Assembly: GCF_038025025.1 (NCBI RefSeq)
Contig: NW_027117347.1
Coordinates: forward strand, 682,001-746,000
Direction: 5' to 3'
DNA: 64,000 nt
Source of the DNA: Phyllosticta citribraziliensis
Lineage: Eukaryota
The notes beneath the pieces were generated by a model. The model searched no databases, was not told the DNA's origin, and saw nothing but the letters and a program-made list of their open reading frames with translations. The translations under genes and the position numbers were made by a program. Shown piece by piece: positions 1 to 10,271 of the stretch (positions within the stretch are counted from its first letter, which is position 1; every line of letters begins with the position of its first letter).

Positions 1-1193
1 TGAGCGCCTCGTCGTATTCGAGCTTCTGCCGCTCGGCGGCCGACTTGACGCCTTGCCGTGCTGACGCCTTCGCTCTCCACAGCCGCACATTGCCGTCGTC
101 CGAGCCAGAAAGAATGTAAGAGTTGTCGGGAGTCCAGGCGCATGAGAAGACGCGCTGCATGCGCTTGGTGTGGTAAACGTCGCGTGAGTGGCCTTGCCCG
201 CGCTGCCACAGCCGTACGCTACGATCGTAGGACGCAGACACAAGCTCTTCGCCCGTCGGCGACCAGTCGACGTCCATGACGGCGGCAACGTGGTCTCTGA
301 GGACGTTGAGCGCGCGCTTCATGTTCCGCACGTCGAAAATATAAACATTGTGGTCTTCGCTGGCGGCGGCAAAGTTGAACGCTTCCATTGGGTTCCAGGC
401 AATGGCGTTGCAGGCCAGCGTCATGACGGAGCGGTGGAGGGGCGAAGACGTGCGGAGGTCGTACAGTACAATGGAGCGATCCGATGCGGCCGAGGCGAGA
501 ATCGACGTCTCTGTCTGGTTGAGGGAGACAGCGTTGATCGTGTCAATGGCCGTTGGCCATGCGATGGTCTGCGTCGGATTCGAGGCTGGCCTCGTGGTAT
601 CGTAGATGGAAATCTGGGAGGAGGAAGACACGGCGATCGCTGGGTCACTGCGGTGATGGGTGATGCTGGTGAAGGCGCCTTGCCCAAGCCATGTCGCAAT
701 CGGCCTGCTGCCAGAGGTCGTCTGGTACGGGTCAAACATCTTGACCGTCTTGTCCGTTCCGCAGGAGAGTATCTTTCGGTCGCGCGACCAGGCCATGCCG
801 CGGACCATGTTTTCGTGCGCCTGCGCTTGCCATATCTCCTCCTGACTCGTCAGATCCCAAACCTTGACGACTCCGTCGCCGCTACCACTGGCAAAGTGCT
901 CCAAGGACTCGGGATCTTTTGCGATTGAGTAGACTCCGTCGACGTGGCCCTTGCCGAGTTGAGCGAGGAAGGGTTTTGCAAACATGCGGTCCACTTTGGT
1001 CGCATTCAAGGCCCTCGTGTATTCCCGAGCTCTCTCGAAAGGATGTAGTGCCGGATCCAGGTTGCGAGGCGCGCGGGCGACATTGGTGCCCGGTGCCTGA
1101 TAGTCGGCCGCTGAGCGGGAAAGGGCTTTGATTTTCTGCCAGCATGTCAGTCTCCGTAAATTCAAGGCGAAGGTCAAGAGATTAGCATACCAT
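1..1193 (-). CDS. SOF1: U3 snoRNP WD40 protein Sof1/DCAF13, 3'-truncated by the window edge. Exon 1 is ATG only (1191-1193), intron 1136-1190, exon 2 1135-<1.
   Basis: Spliced translation gives M|KIKALSRSAADYQAPGTNVARAPRNLDPALHPFERAREYTRALNATK...GHVDGVYSIAKDP...ILSGSDDGNVRLWRA. Intron is GTATGC...CTGAC...CAG. Confidence 0.93.
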
Positions 1194-1442
1194 GTTGGTG
1201 TGTGCGGAGGACAGGGTTCGCCGCAACGGCGAGAACTTTTGGACGTCAAAATGCTTGGCGCGGCCTGCGGGCGGTGAGCTCGAAACGCCGACGCCGACGC
1301 GACATCAGAGCTCCGGTACGGATCCAGCTACTGCCATCAGCCAGACATCAACAACCTATCATCACCACGCCGGAGCATCTCCCCGCTCATTTCCTCTCAA
1401 ACCTCTCACGTCCTCCCTAGACTCACCCTTCCACCACCCAAG
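1194..1442. promoter_or_regulatory. Short bidirectional promoter region between SOF1 and RPN6 with candidate Rpn4-type sites (GGTGAGCT 1273-1280; GGAGCT on the minus strand 1309-1314)
   Basis: Head-to-head starts are about 250 bp apart. GGAGCT is the proteasome-gene motif reported for filamentous ascomycetes. Motif match only. Confidence 0.4.
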
Positions 1443-2770
1443 ATGGCGCCAGCGGCCCCCGAAGACGCAAAGAGGATAGCAGAGGCCCAGAAGCTGGCAA
1501 AGAGTGAGCCGGGAAAGGCAGAGGCCATCTACCGCGACGTACTCTCCAGCGACCCGGGTTCCAGCGATGCTGCAATCAAGAACTTTGAGACGGCCCTCGT
1601 CTCCCTGGGCGAGCTGTACCGGGATCACAAAAAGGTGGACGAGCTGGGGGAGCTGATTCGGCAGACGCGCTCTGTCATGTCGACGTTTGCAAAGGCGAAG
1701 ACGGCGAAGCTTGGTGAGCAAGTTATCCATCGGCATCTTCACATTGACTGACTCTGTGAACAGTCCGTCAGCTTCTCGACTTCTTCACCGCCATCCCCAA
1801 CACGCTCGAAACCCAAATCACCGTCACCAAGTCATCCATCGAATGGGCCGTATCCGAGCGGAGAGGCTTCCTCCGACAAAACCTCGAGACTCGCCTCGTC
1901 TCGCTCTACATGCAGAAGCAAGCCTACTACGATGCCCTTACGCTCATCAACAGCTTGCTGAAGGAGCTGAAGCGCCTGGACGACAAGCTGGTGCTCGTCG
2001 AAGTCCAACTTCTCGAATCGAGGGTGTACCACGCGTTGGGCAATGTGCCCAAGGGGCGGGCTGCGCTGACTTCTGCGCGCACATCGGCGGCATCCGTATA
2101 CACTCCGCCACTGGTACAGGCAGGGTTGGACATGCAGAGCGGAATGCTGCACGCCGAGGACAAGGACTTCACCACGGCCTTTTCGTACTTCATCGAAGCC
2201 ATGGAGGGCTACCACTCGCTGGACAATGAGCAAATGGCGACGTCGGCCCTGCAGTACATGCTGCTCTGCAAGATCATGCTGAACCAAGTCGACGACGTCA
2301 ACAACATCATGACGTCGAAGCAAGCGCTCAAGTACGCGGGCAAGAACCTCGACGCCATGAAGGCCGTGGCGCGCGCGCACGCCAACCGCTCGCTCGAAGA
2401 GTACGAAAAGGCGCTGTCAGACTACCGCTACGAGCTCGGCTCGGACCGCTTCATCGCGTCGCACCTGCGGCGCCTCTACGACGCCATGCTCGAGCAGAAC
2501 CTGATCAAGGTCATCGAGCCGTACTCGCGCGTCGAAATCTCGCACATTGCCAAGACGGTCGGCCTCGACACGCAGCAGGTCGAGCGCAAGCTGTCGCAGA
2601 TGATCCTCGACAAGGTCATCATCGGCGTGCTCGACCAGGACGCCGGCTGCCTCATCGTCTACGACGAGACGCAGCGCGACCGCGGCTACGACGCCGCCCT
2701 CTCCACCATCGAGAAGTTGCACAATGTCGTCGACGTGCTGTACACGAATCAGGCGTCGTTATTGGAGTAG
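1443..2770 (+). CDS. RPN6: 26S proteasome lid subunit Rpn6 (PCI domain); intron 1714-1763
   Basis: AKAKTAKL|VRQLLD after splicing GTGAGC...CAG. Also LKELKRLDDKLVLVEVQLLES, DMQSGMLHAEDKDF and the PCI segment LIKVIEPYSRVEISHIA...LSQMILDK. Confidence 0.97.
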
Positions 2771-3954
2771 GCAGACCAAGTGCGGGTACGGGGAGGCGGC
2801 TTCTGGGGTGCATGGGTGGAATGGGCGGCGATGGTATAGGGCCTTGAATGGGACGCGCTAAGTGTACCATAGGATAGAGCGGTGACCTCCTCTTTCTCAT
2901 CGCGCAAATCGTTGACGCGAATGGCATAATATCATGACATGCATGGCAAGAGCAAAGCGACGACTATGCCGACTGTGACAGGGCGTCTTTGGTATTGTCT
3001 CCTAGTGGAATTGGCGAAAATGCATCAACCACGACTTATAGATCAAGTGACAGCGCACACAAACTCGGCTCCATCCGCCAGCAGACCGTGTGCAGTAAAA
3101 TGGACAGATCCATGCCACCACAGCAATGTGCTCGAATCAAGTCACTCGCCTTCCCAGTCGAAATACCTCGTGCTACCGAGACACAGCAAATGCTCTCCTT
3201 CCCTCCCTTCTCTAACAGCAGTTCCACCACTACCACCACCTCACCCGAATCTAGTATAGATGAAATGAAACGAATATGCACGTGGTCGAATCAGAGCTCC
3301 GTCGGATGGACTTTAGAGGAGGAAAGGACGGATACAGCAAGGGGAGAAAGAGGAGTAAGGGGTGGATGTGTGGTATTGAATCCTTAAGAGTGAGCGAGAG
3401 AGCGAGAGAGAAGCGAAGACGTGAAGGAAAGCATAGCGGCTTGGAATGGGAGGGACGGGATGGGACACGGCGGGTTTGGTTTCGGCTTTGGTTGAGTTGT
3501 CGTCGTCTGCCCGCGGCCGTGTACATGCAGTCGTATCGCCTGCTGTTGCTACTGCTGCTGCTGCTGCTGCTGCACACAGTGGGGCACGGCGGTTCTGGTG
3601 GCGTATCGCTGGGCGGCGCGAGCCTTGCGACCCATTGTAGCGTTCGTTCTCTTCATTTGTCGTCATGGCTTGCCTCACATCGTCGTCGTCGTTGTCCTCG
3701 TTGTTGCATCTCCCACAACCTTACAACACCACAGCGTGATCGATCCTTGCACTCGGCTTTTGCCCGCTTCCCGCCATCGCCCGTCCAAGAGACCAAACGA
3801 ACCGCTCAAACAGCGCGGCTGTTGCAAATCTTAAAGAAGAAAAAAGCAGGTGAGGTGGTGGATATATGCGCGACGGAAAGTATCGACGGGTTGAGTGTGT
3901 GACGGACAAGCAGACAACAAAAGCGACAAGGACTAAGGCGGCACGCAGCGGCGC

Positions 3955-4373
3955 CTACAGCTTCGCCTCATCCTTGACCTCGCCGACCTTGAGCTTGGGA
4001 CCGTATTTCTTGAGCACGCCCTCATTGTGATACTATAATGAACCGGTTAGCGCACGATCCTACCATATCCTCACCCTACCCATCCTCCCCTAAGCTTCTC
4101 CGCACCCAAATTTGCCCAAACCCGTAATAAACCACGGCAAAAAGGGCAGAGAGAGAGAATGAAGGAGAAAACAGAAAGGAAGTGCAAACCAACCTTCCAA
4201 AACTGCTTGCTCGCGTCCTTGCCCCCGACGCGCTTCAGGATCTTGCTGCCGCCGGGGTGCTCGTCGACGAACGAGGCCAGGCTGTACACGTTGTGGTCGA
4301 TGATGATGTAGAGGCCGTCGTCGACGGATGCGCGCGCCGCGACGTCTTTGGGCGTGAAGGACTTGTCTGACAT
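3955..4373 (-). CDS. Small soluble cytochrome b5 heme-binding protein (~85 aa); intron 4033-4193
   Basis: FVDEHPGGSKILKRVGGKDASKQFWK|YHNEGVLKKYGPKLKVGEVKDEAKL*. Has the HPGG heme motif and the second His. Intron is GTTGGT...CTAAC...TAG. Confidence 0.9.
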
Positions 4374-5344
4374 GGTTTGTGTACGTCGGTTGGCGGGAGA
4401 CGGGAGAGAGAGAGAGAGAGAGAAAGAGGGCGACGGCGGCGCGGGGAGGGGTATGCGATGGAGGGACAGAGGGACGGAGGGAAGGGTCTAGAGCGGACGG
4501 CCGACGGGGAAGGTCGTTGATATACTGCTGCTGTATGTGCCGCGGCTCGGCCCGCGTCGTTGTTTCGTGGGTTTGGTTTGGTTTGGTTGGTTGGCAGAAG
4601 CCGCGCAGGAAAGAGGATGGATGGCTGTCGTTGTGGACGAGGCGATGGGCTTGGTCGAATGTTCCTTCGTGCAATAGAAACAGGTTGGATTGGTGAGAGA
4701 TGCAAGGCGAGAAAATGGAAAGAAGTGACGGGGGAGGATGATGGATGCTTCAAAGGCGCATTCATTCCCGACGAGGGCGCGGGGCGGAACCAAGGTCCCC
4801 TCACTTCCTTACAGCTTCCTTCCTTCTCCCGTCCGGCAGAGCAGTGCAGCGTGGTACACATCCAGCCGCTGTCTGTCTGTCTGTCTGGTATCCAAGCATA
4901 CGGTACCTTTAGCAACCCAACATCTCAGCTCCTCTTCCCCTACCACCTCCCCTAGGCACATCCAATACCCATATACCTCACCCATCGCAACCACCCTCAC
5001 CTCACCTCACTCACCCCACCCCACCCCACCCCACCAACGAACCAGCACACCAACCAAACAGCCGAGGTCCATTCCATTCCACTCACCACCAACAGCGCCA
5101 GTCCAGTCCAGGTCAGGGCAGACCGCGGGCCCAACCCAACCGCTCGGGCCCCCATTCAACCTGCGGCTCCGCAGCGCACCCCACCGAAGGCAATAATGCC
5201 AAATGCGCGCCTCCTCATTGGCTGCATGCCTACCACCTACCTCAGTCCGCCCGCGCAACCACAACCGAAGCACGCGAGATGACGCGCGCCCGCGCGCACA
5301 CCACCGCTTGGCGGCTGCGTCCGGCCGGCTCCTGCCCAAGTGCG

Positions 5345-5345
5345 C

Positions 5346-5376
<31 letters not shown>

Positions 5377-5415
5377 TCGCTATTTTTACCCCCCCCCCCC
5401 CCCCCCCCCCCCCCC
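5345..5415. repeat. (GCGT)n microsatellite followed by a C27 homopolymer (5389-5415)
   Basis: Directly visible in the sequence. Confidence 0.9.
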
Positions 5416-6748
5416 ACCCTCCTTGCCCCTCCGTTGCCTGGCCTGAGGTTGGTGTCTCTGGGCCCGACTGGGCTGGGTGCGACGCGACGCGGATGTGCGT
5501 GTACGCGCACGCTGCCGTCGTCACGGCATGCAGAGGGGTCGTGCGGGTGGGCGATAAGGGGGGGGTGCGAACGTGAGGAGGTCGCGTGTCGTCCGGCGGT
5601 CGTGTTTTGCCTGGCACACGGTGATGAGGTCGGGAAAAGGGATCCGACACTTCGACGGCCTGCACTGAAGGGGGGGGTCGGGGGCGTGCGGGCTCGCGGG
5701 GGCCCGTCTGTCCGTCCGAGCTGGAGAGCATCCATCGTTGGATGGTAGGGTAGGTTAGTGACGACTCGCCGTGTGGCACGCGGAACGCAAAAACAAGGCT
5801 CGTAATAGTTGCAGATTTCTCTCGATTTCGCCGTCCAGTCGTTCACTCCGCCTGTCAGTCGGTCGGATCTTTCAATCTACCCATCCCATCCCATCCCATC
5901 CCGTCCGCCCCGTTTCATCTGCTCATCTCAAAATCCCGTATTCCCCATCTGCGCTCCCTGACCTGACCGACATCTCGTTTCGAGAGAGGAAAACATGTCT
6001 GAGCCCCGTCTCGTATTCCCAACCACCCGTCCGTCCGTCTCGTCTTGTAAGAATCGCCCCGTCTTGAGTAAGTAACCCCCGTCCTGTAGCTCCAGACACC
6101 GTAACGACCGACACCGAGCGGAGAGAGTCTCCGTCAAAGAAACATAGATAGATAGGAAACAGGAGAAGGAAACAAGGAACAGAAAGAAACGAGGAAGTGT
6201 GAAATAGTGGTATCTCAACTCACTGAAACGCGCAATCTTTTCCCTTGCCACAGCGTCGGTTGCGTGGGGCATATCGCTGCCACAACGGCAGGGAAGAAGA
6301 CAGGAAACAGCACAAGAGGGAAATATCAGAAAGAAACACAACGGGAAAAAGAAAGGGAATCAGAGGCACGATTACCCCAGACCGGTAGTTTCCGACACAA
6401 CCGGCCAAACGAACGCCATTCCATGCATCCATGACACCGCGTCCCTCATGCAACAGGCAAGGGGAATCCGAACATTTGAAACAACAAGCGGGGAGATCAA
6501 TGTCCGTCATCAAACTCTGCGGGCTCGAGGATCAAAACAAAAAAAGACCCGGCAACGCCTTTCAGCCTGTAGCAGAATCCCGGTCCGATCTTTCTCGGCG
6601 GAGCGAAGGCAAAGAGGCTAAGCATCGACGAGAAACGTGAACTTGCAGCACTGTTCGTGCTGGTGGTAAAAATGTTCAGAAAGAACTGTCATGTGCCCAA
6701 AGCAAAGACACAATTGGGTGAGTCGTCATCTTGCACATTCAGAGTTTC

Positions 6749-8204
6749 TCAGACGAGGAAGGCCTTGTCCAAGCTGCGCAAGGCCTTGGAGTCTTCCCCG
6801 AAGCCCGATATCCGGTTGTTCACGTGCTGAAGATGGCCGTTGGGGCTCCGGCTCCCTTGGCGGCTATTGCCGCTGGTATCGCTTCTAGTTTCGGCAGGCT
6901 CAGAGGTGCCGTTTACGAGAGCGTGGATACTCGGAAAGATCTTGCCCGTCGACGTCGTCGGCGGTCCCGAATTGGTCTCGCCGTTGGTTTGAGCGTCTGC
7001 GGCGGCCGCGGGAGGCGGAACCTGCTTGCTTGGTGGCGAGGCCATTGGCTTGCCATTGGTGATGGGCGCCGAAGTATTGACCGGGGGAAGTTGTGGCCCA
7101 GAAGTGGTAGGGGCGGGCAAGGCGATTCTATCTTGAGGCGGCTCATAATGTGAGTAGGGGTGGGGCGGGTATCCCGGTGCCGAAGTTGGCGGTCCGGCTT
7201 GTGAGATTTGCTGTGCGCGAGGAGAGAGATTTGGTTGATGTTGCTGCTGAGGAGCGGCCAGGTGATGAGGAGCGAAGGGGTGTCCGTTGGTCATGGGCGG
7301 AGGCGCAGGCAGACCCGGCGGAGGGCGTTCAAAAACGGTTGGGGCCGAGAACCCAGGATGAGGAGGATATGGGTGCGGATAAGGATGAGGTGAATGGGCA
7401 ATGTAGCCCGGTGGGGCTGGGCCGTAGTAGTGAGCGTAAGCATGCGGCGGTGTCCCGAGGGGAGTTGGGGGCCAGCTGCCCGGCGGTGCATGGATTGCGT
7501 AGGAGGGGACTGGAGGGCCTGCTCTCGCGTACGGAGATCCCATCTGGTGTGGCGCCGTGGTGAAGGGTGATCCGCCCATCGGACCTCGCGTGACTGCTGG
7601 AACGTTGGATTGCTCGTTGACCGACGATTCGGGGTACATGCCCTTTTGAGGACGGATGTGACGCAGAGCTAAATACACATTAGCGGCAGTGACGCAAAAA
7701 TGTCCCAGAAGGCTTACTTGGGTCCTGCGATGGTTGCATGAGGGTCTGCGACGTGGGGCTTGCGCGCGAGTAGTAGCTGATCAGGTGGAGGTGCTGTCCT
7801 TGCGAGGTGGTGATGCTGAAAGACTGCTTCATCAGACCGTCGGGCTTGTAGCGGTAACCGTCGTCGGGCATGGTGTCTTCGTCAGAGCCGTCCTTTGAAC
7901 CGGAGTCGGACTTGGAGCCCGACTTTTTGGGTGCAGAAAAGCTGTTGCCTCCTCTTTTGCCCTCCATTTCGCGATAGGTCAGAAAGCTTCCGGATACCCT
8001 GCTGGCGCTCCATGATTTTCCGTCGGTCCACCTCCTCATGCCAGCCTCGCGCTCATCCCAGACGAAGACGGAGCCGGACTTGATCTGCTGGCGTTCCTTT
8101 TCGGACAGGCGGCGCTGGACGCGAGGCAGCATGCCGGTGCGACATGCTTCAAAGAGAATGATGGCGTCGTTGGGGGTTCGTACGTGGCCGTGATAAGTCT
8201 CCAT
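6749..8204 (-). CDS. PAC2: Gti1/Pac2 (WOPR) family transcription regulator, Pac2 clade; intron 7669-7717
   Basis: METYHGHVRTPNDAIILFEACRTGMLPRVQRRLSEKERQQIKSGSVFVWDEREAGMRRWTDGKSWSASRV and LMKQSFSIT...HLISYY, followed by a Pro-rich tail. Intron is GTAAGC...CTAAT...TAG. Confidence 0.92.
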
Positions 8205-8318
8205 GGTGTCGAGGGAGGTTGAGCGCAGCGGCCAGGTGGTGGCTCAGAAGCGCAGAGGAGCGAGCAGGCGACTAGTAGGGCGGTGGGTACAAAGGATATA
8301 AAGTTTCGGTTAAGCCGA

Positions 8319-8560
8319 CTGCAGAAACACCGAGCGTCAGCCAAGCCATGGTACCGGCTGAGCCAGAAATGATTTTGAGTTGACGCATGGGACAAAATTA
8401 GGCCAGCAATAAGCACAGCGGGCAGTCCTTGGGGATGCTTGGAGCCAAGGGTGGGCGAGCTGCGGTGAACCTCGCACGGAACGGGGCGGGAGAGGTGTTG
8501 GCAGCGGCGGTTGGCGGGCGGCGATCTGAAACAGGAATAAAGTTGCGACGCAGGACTTAC
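8319..8560 (-). other. Predicted 5'-UTR intron of the PAC2 gene (242 nt)
   Basis: GTAAGT donor at 8560, CTGAC branch and TTTCTGCAG acceptor at 8319, with a pyrimidine-rich leader upstream. Confidence 0.65.
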
Positions 8561-9013
8561 AGTCGAGGTTAAGCTTGAACGTGGTGGTGGTTGCGATATT
8601 ATCCTCGAGTTTGCGAGCGAGCTTCTTGCAGAGAGAGAGGGTGAGAGGAGGTGGGGCGGATGGGCGTGGCGGCGGTGGGGGTCGAGGTCGAGGTCGAAGG
8701 AGTCGTGGACAAGGACCAAGGACCAAGGGCCAAGGAGGGACAAGTGAGAATGGACTGAGTGGAGGAAGGAATGTGTCGTCTTTTCTTGGGCGCGTGGGAA
8801 TGGATCGGCCTTGGCCTGCTTGGAGTGGCGGACTGGTGTTTGCTCAGAGCAGTGCCCTTGTTGGGGCCCAGTGCCCAGATGGCATCAGTGCGCAGAATAA
8901 GCGTTTCCCCTGCCCGACCCTAAGGCTAACTTTAATTCAAAGTGCCGCGCAAACATCAACAAGCTCCAGCGTAAGCCCGCCGCGGCCCCCAGCGCCAAGT
9001 CGCGACGTTTTCT

Positions 9014-9039
9014 TTCGTTCGTTCGTTCGTTCGTTCGTT
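9014..9039. repeat. (TTCG)n microsatellite
   Basis: Directly visible in the sequence. Confidence 0.85.
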
Positions 9040-10241
9040 CTCTCATACAGTCAGCGGGCGCGCCGCTATGCTTGATGCTTACAGCGCGCTGTCTCAACTC
9101 AACGACTGGCTACATGTGGCTGGCAGCAAGGAGGACTGACTGCGCACATCGCCATCTCTCCACCCTGACCCAGCTCCAGCTCTCTCGCCTGGCGCCGCCA
9201 AGCCTGTCTTGCGGAACGTGCTAACCTCCTGAGTCGCATCCTCTGCGGGTCCGTCGGATTTCCAAGGTCCAGGGCCACGTAAGCCGCCAACGACGCATGC
9301 CCGGCTGTGACGTCCCCACCACGACCTGGCGCTGGGCCAGAGTGGGAGGGACGGCCAGCGAGCAGGAAGTGTCCATGTGCGTGTGGGCGCTGTACTGTAC
9401 GTGCCGGCGACGTTGGGCCAAGACCTGGAGGGTGGGCGGCCTGGCGCCTCAGTCATGGGCTCACGGGGGTTGCGATAAGGCTTTTAAGCTTAAGGCTTTA
9501 AGCATAATGACTTGCCCAGCGGGAGCAGCGGCATTTGCCCTCGCATCATCCCCGTCCCCGTCCACCCAAGCCTGCCTGCCACTGGACACGAGCACGGGCG
9601 CGCAATCTCGATGCGACGGTCCAGTCGCACGTTTGCGGCGCAGATGGTTTCTCGCACCTCTTTTTTGCAGAGGAACTTGCCGCCAGCCCATGGCCCTTGG
9701 TATGGCGCCGCTGTCAGGCCGACAAGGTTGGCCGAGAATTAAGGTAGAAGCCAAGCTGCGCGATTGACGGCGCTACCAAAGGCTTTGCTCTCGAGTCCAC
9801 AACCAGACTGCTGCTGCTTCCGAGCTCCGCTGCATCTCGTCTGCGCTGCGCTGCGCTGCAATGCAATGCAATTTGCCAGGCCCCGCCCTCAGTACCGCCC
9901 ACACACGCAAGCTCTTTTTCCCGATGATCCAAAGTCCGAGGCTCTGCTCGCCGTCCGTGGGCCAAGCGCCAAGCCAGCCCAACCAAGCATCACGACTATG
10001 CTTATTCCCAGCTGCCATTGGACCACTGCAGCCTCGTGTTAGCCTCGGCCAGGCCAAGACGCCCAAGTCCGTCCCCCGTCCGCCGGGCACAGCCGTCCTG
10101 CCGCCAAGCTCAGAAGCCTCTTGTCCTGCCTGTCTCTTTCAGACTTGTCATGGCGCGCATAAAACGCCATTCCAACATCTCGGGTCTGCTTGAGCGACTC
10201 TTGTCAAGCACTCGCCCGGAATACAGCGGCACCCTCGTATT

Positions 10242-10271
10242 CCACCACCACCACCACCACCACCACCACCA
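10242..10271. repeat. (CCA)n microsatellite
   Basis: Directly visible in the sequence. Confidence 0.9.

Noticed and set aside
188..928. 246-aa plus-strand ORF
   Set aside because: Antisense shadow of SOF1.
5007..5846. 279-aa minus-strand ORF (and overlapping ORFs) with poly-Gly and ARTH repeats
   Set aside because: Translation of the C27 tract and the GCGT microsatellite; no coding signature.
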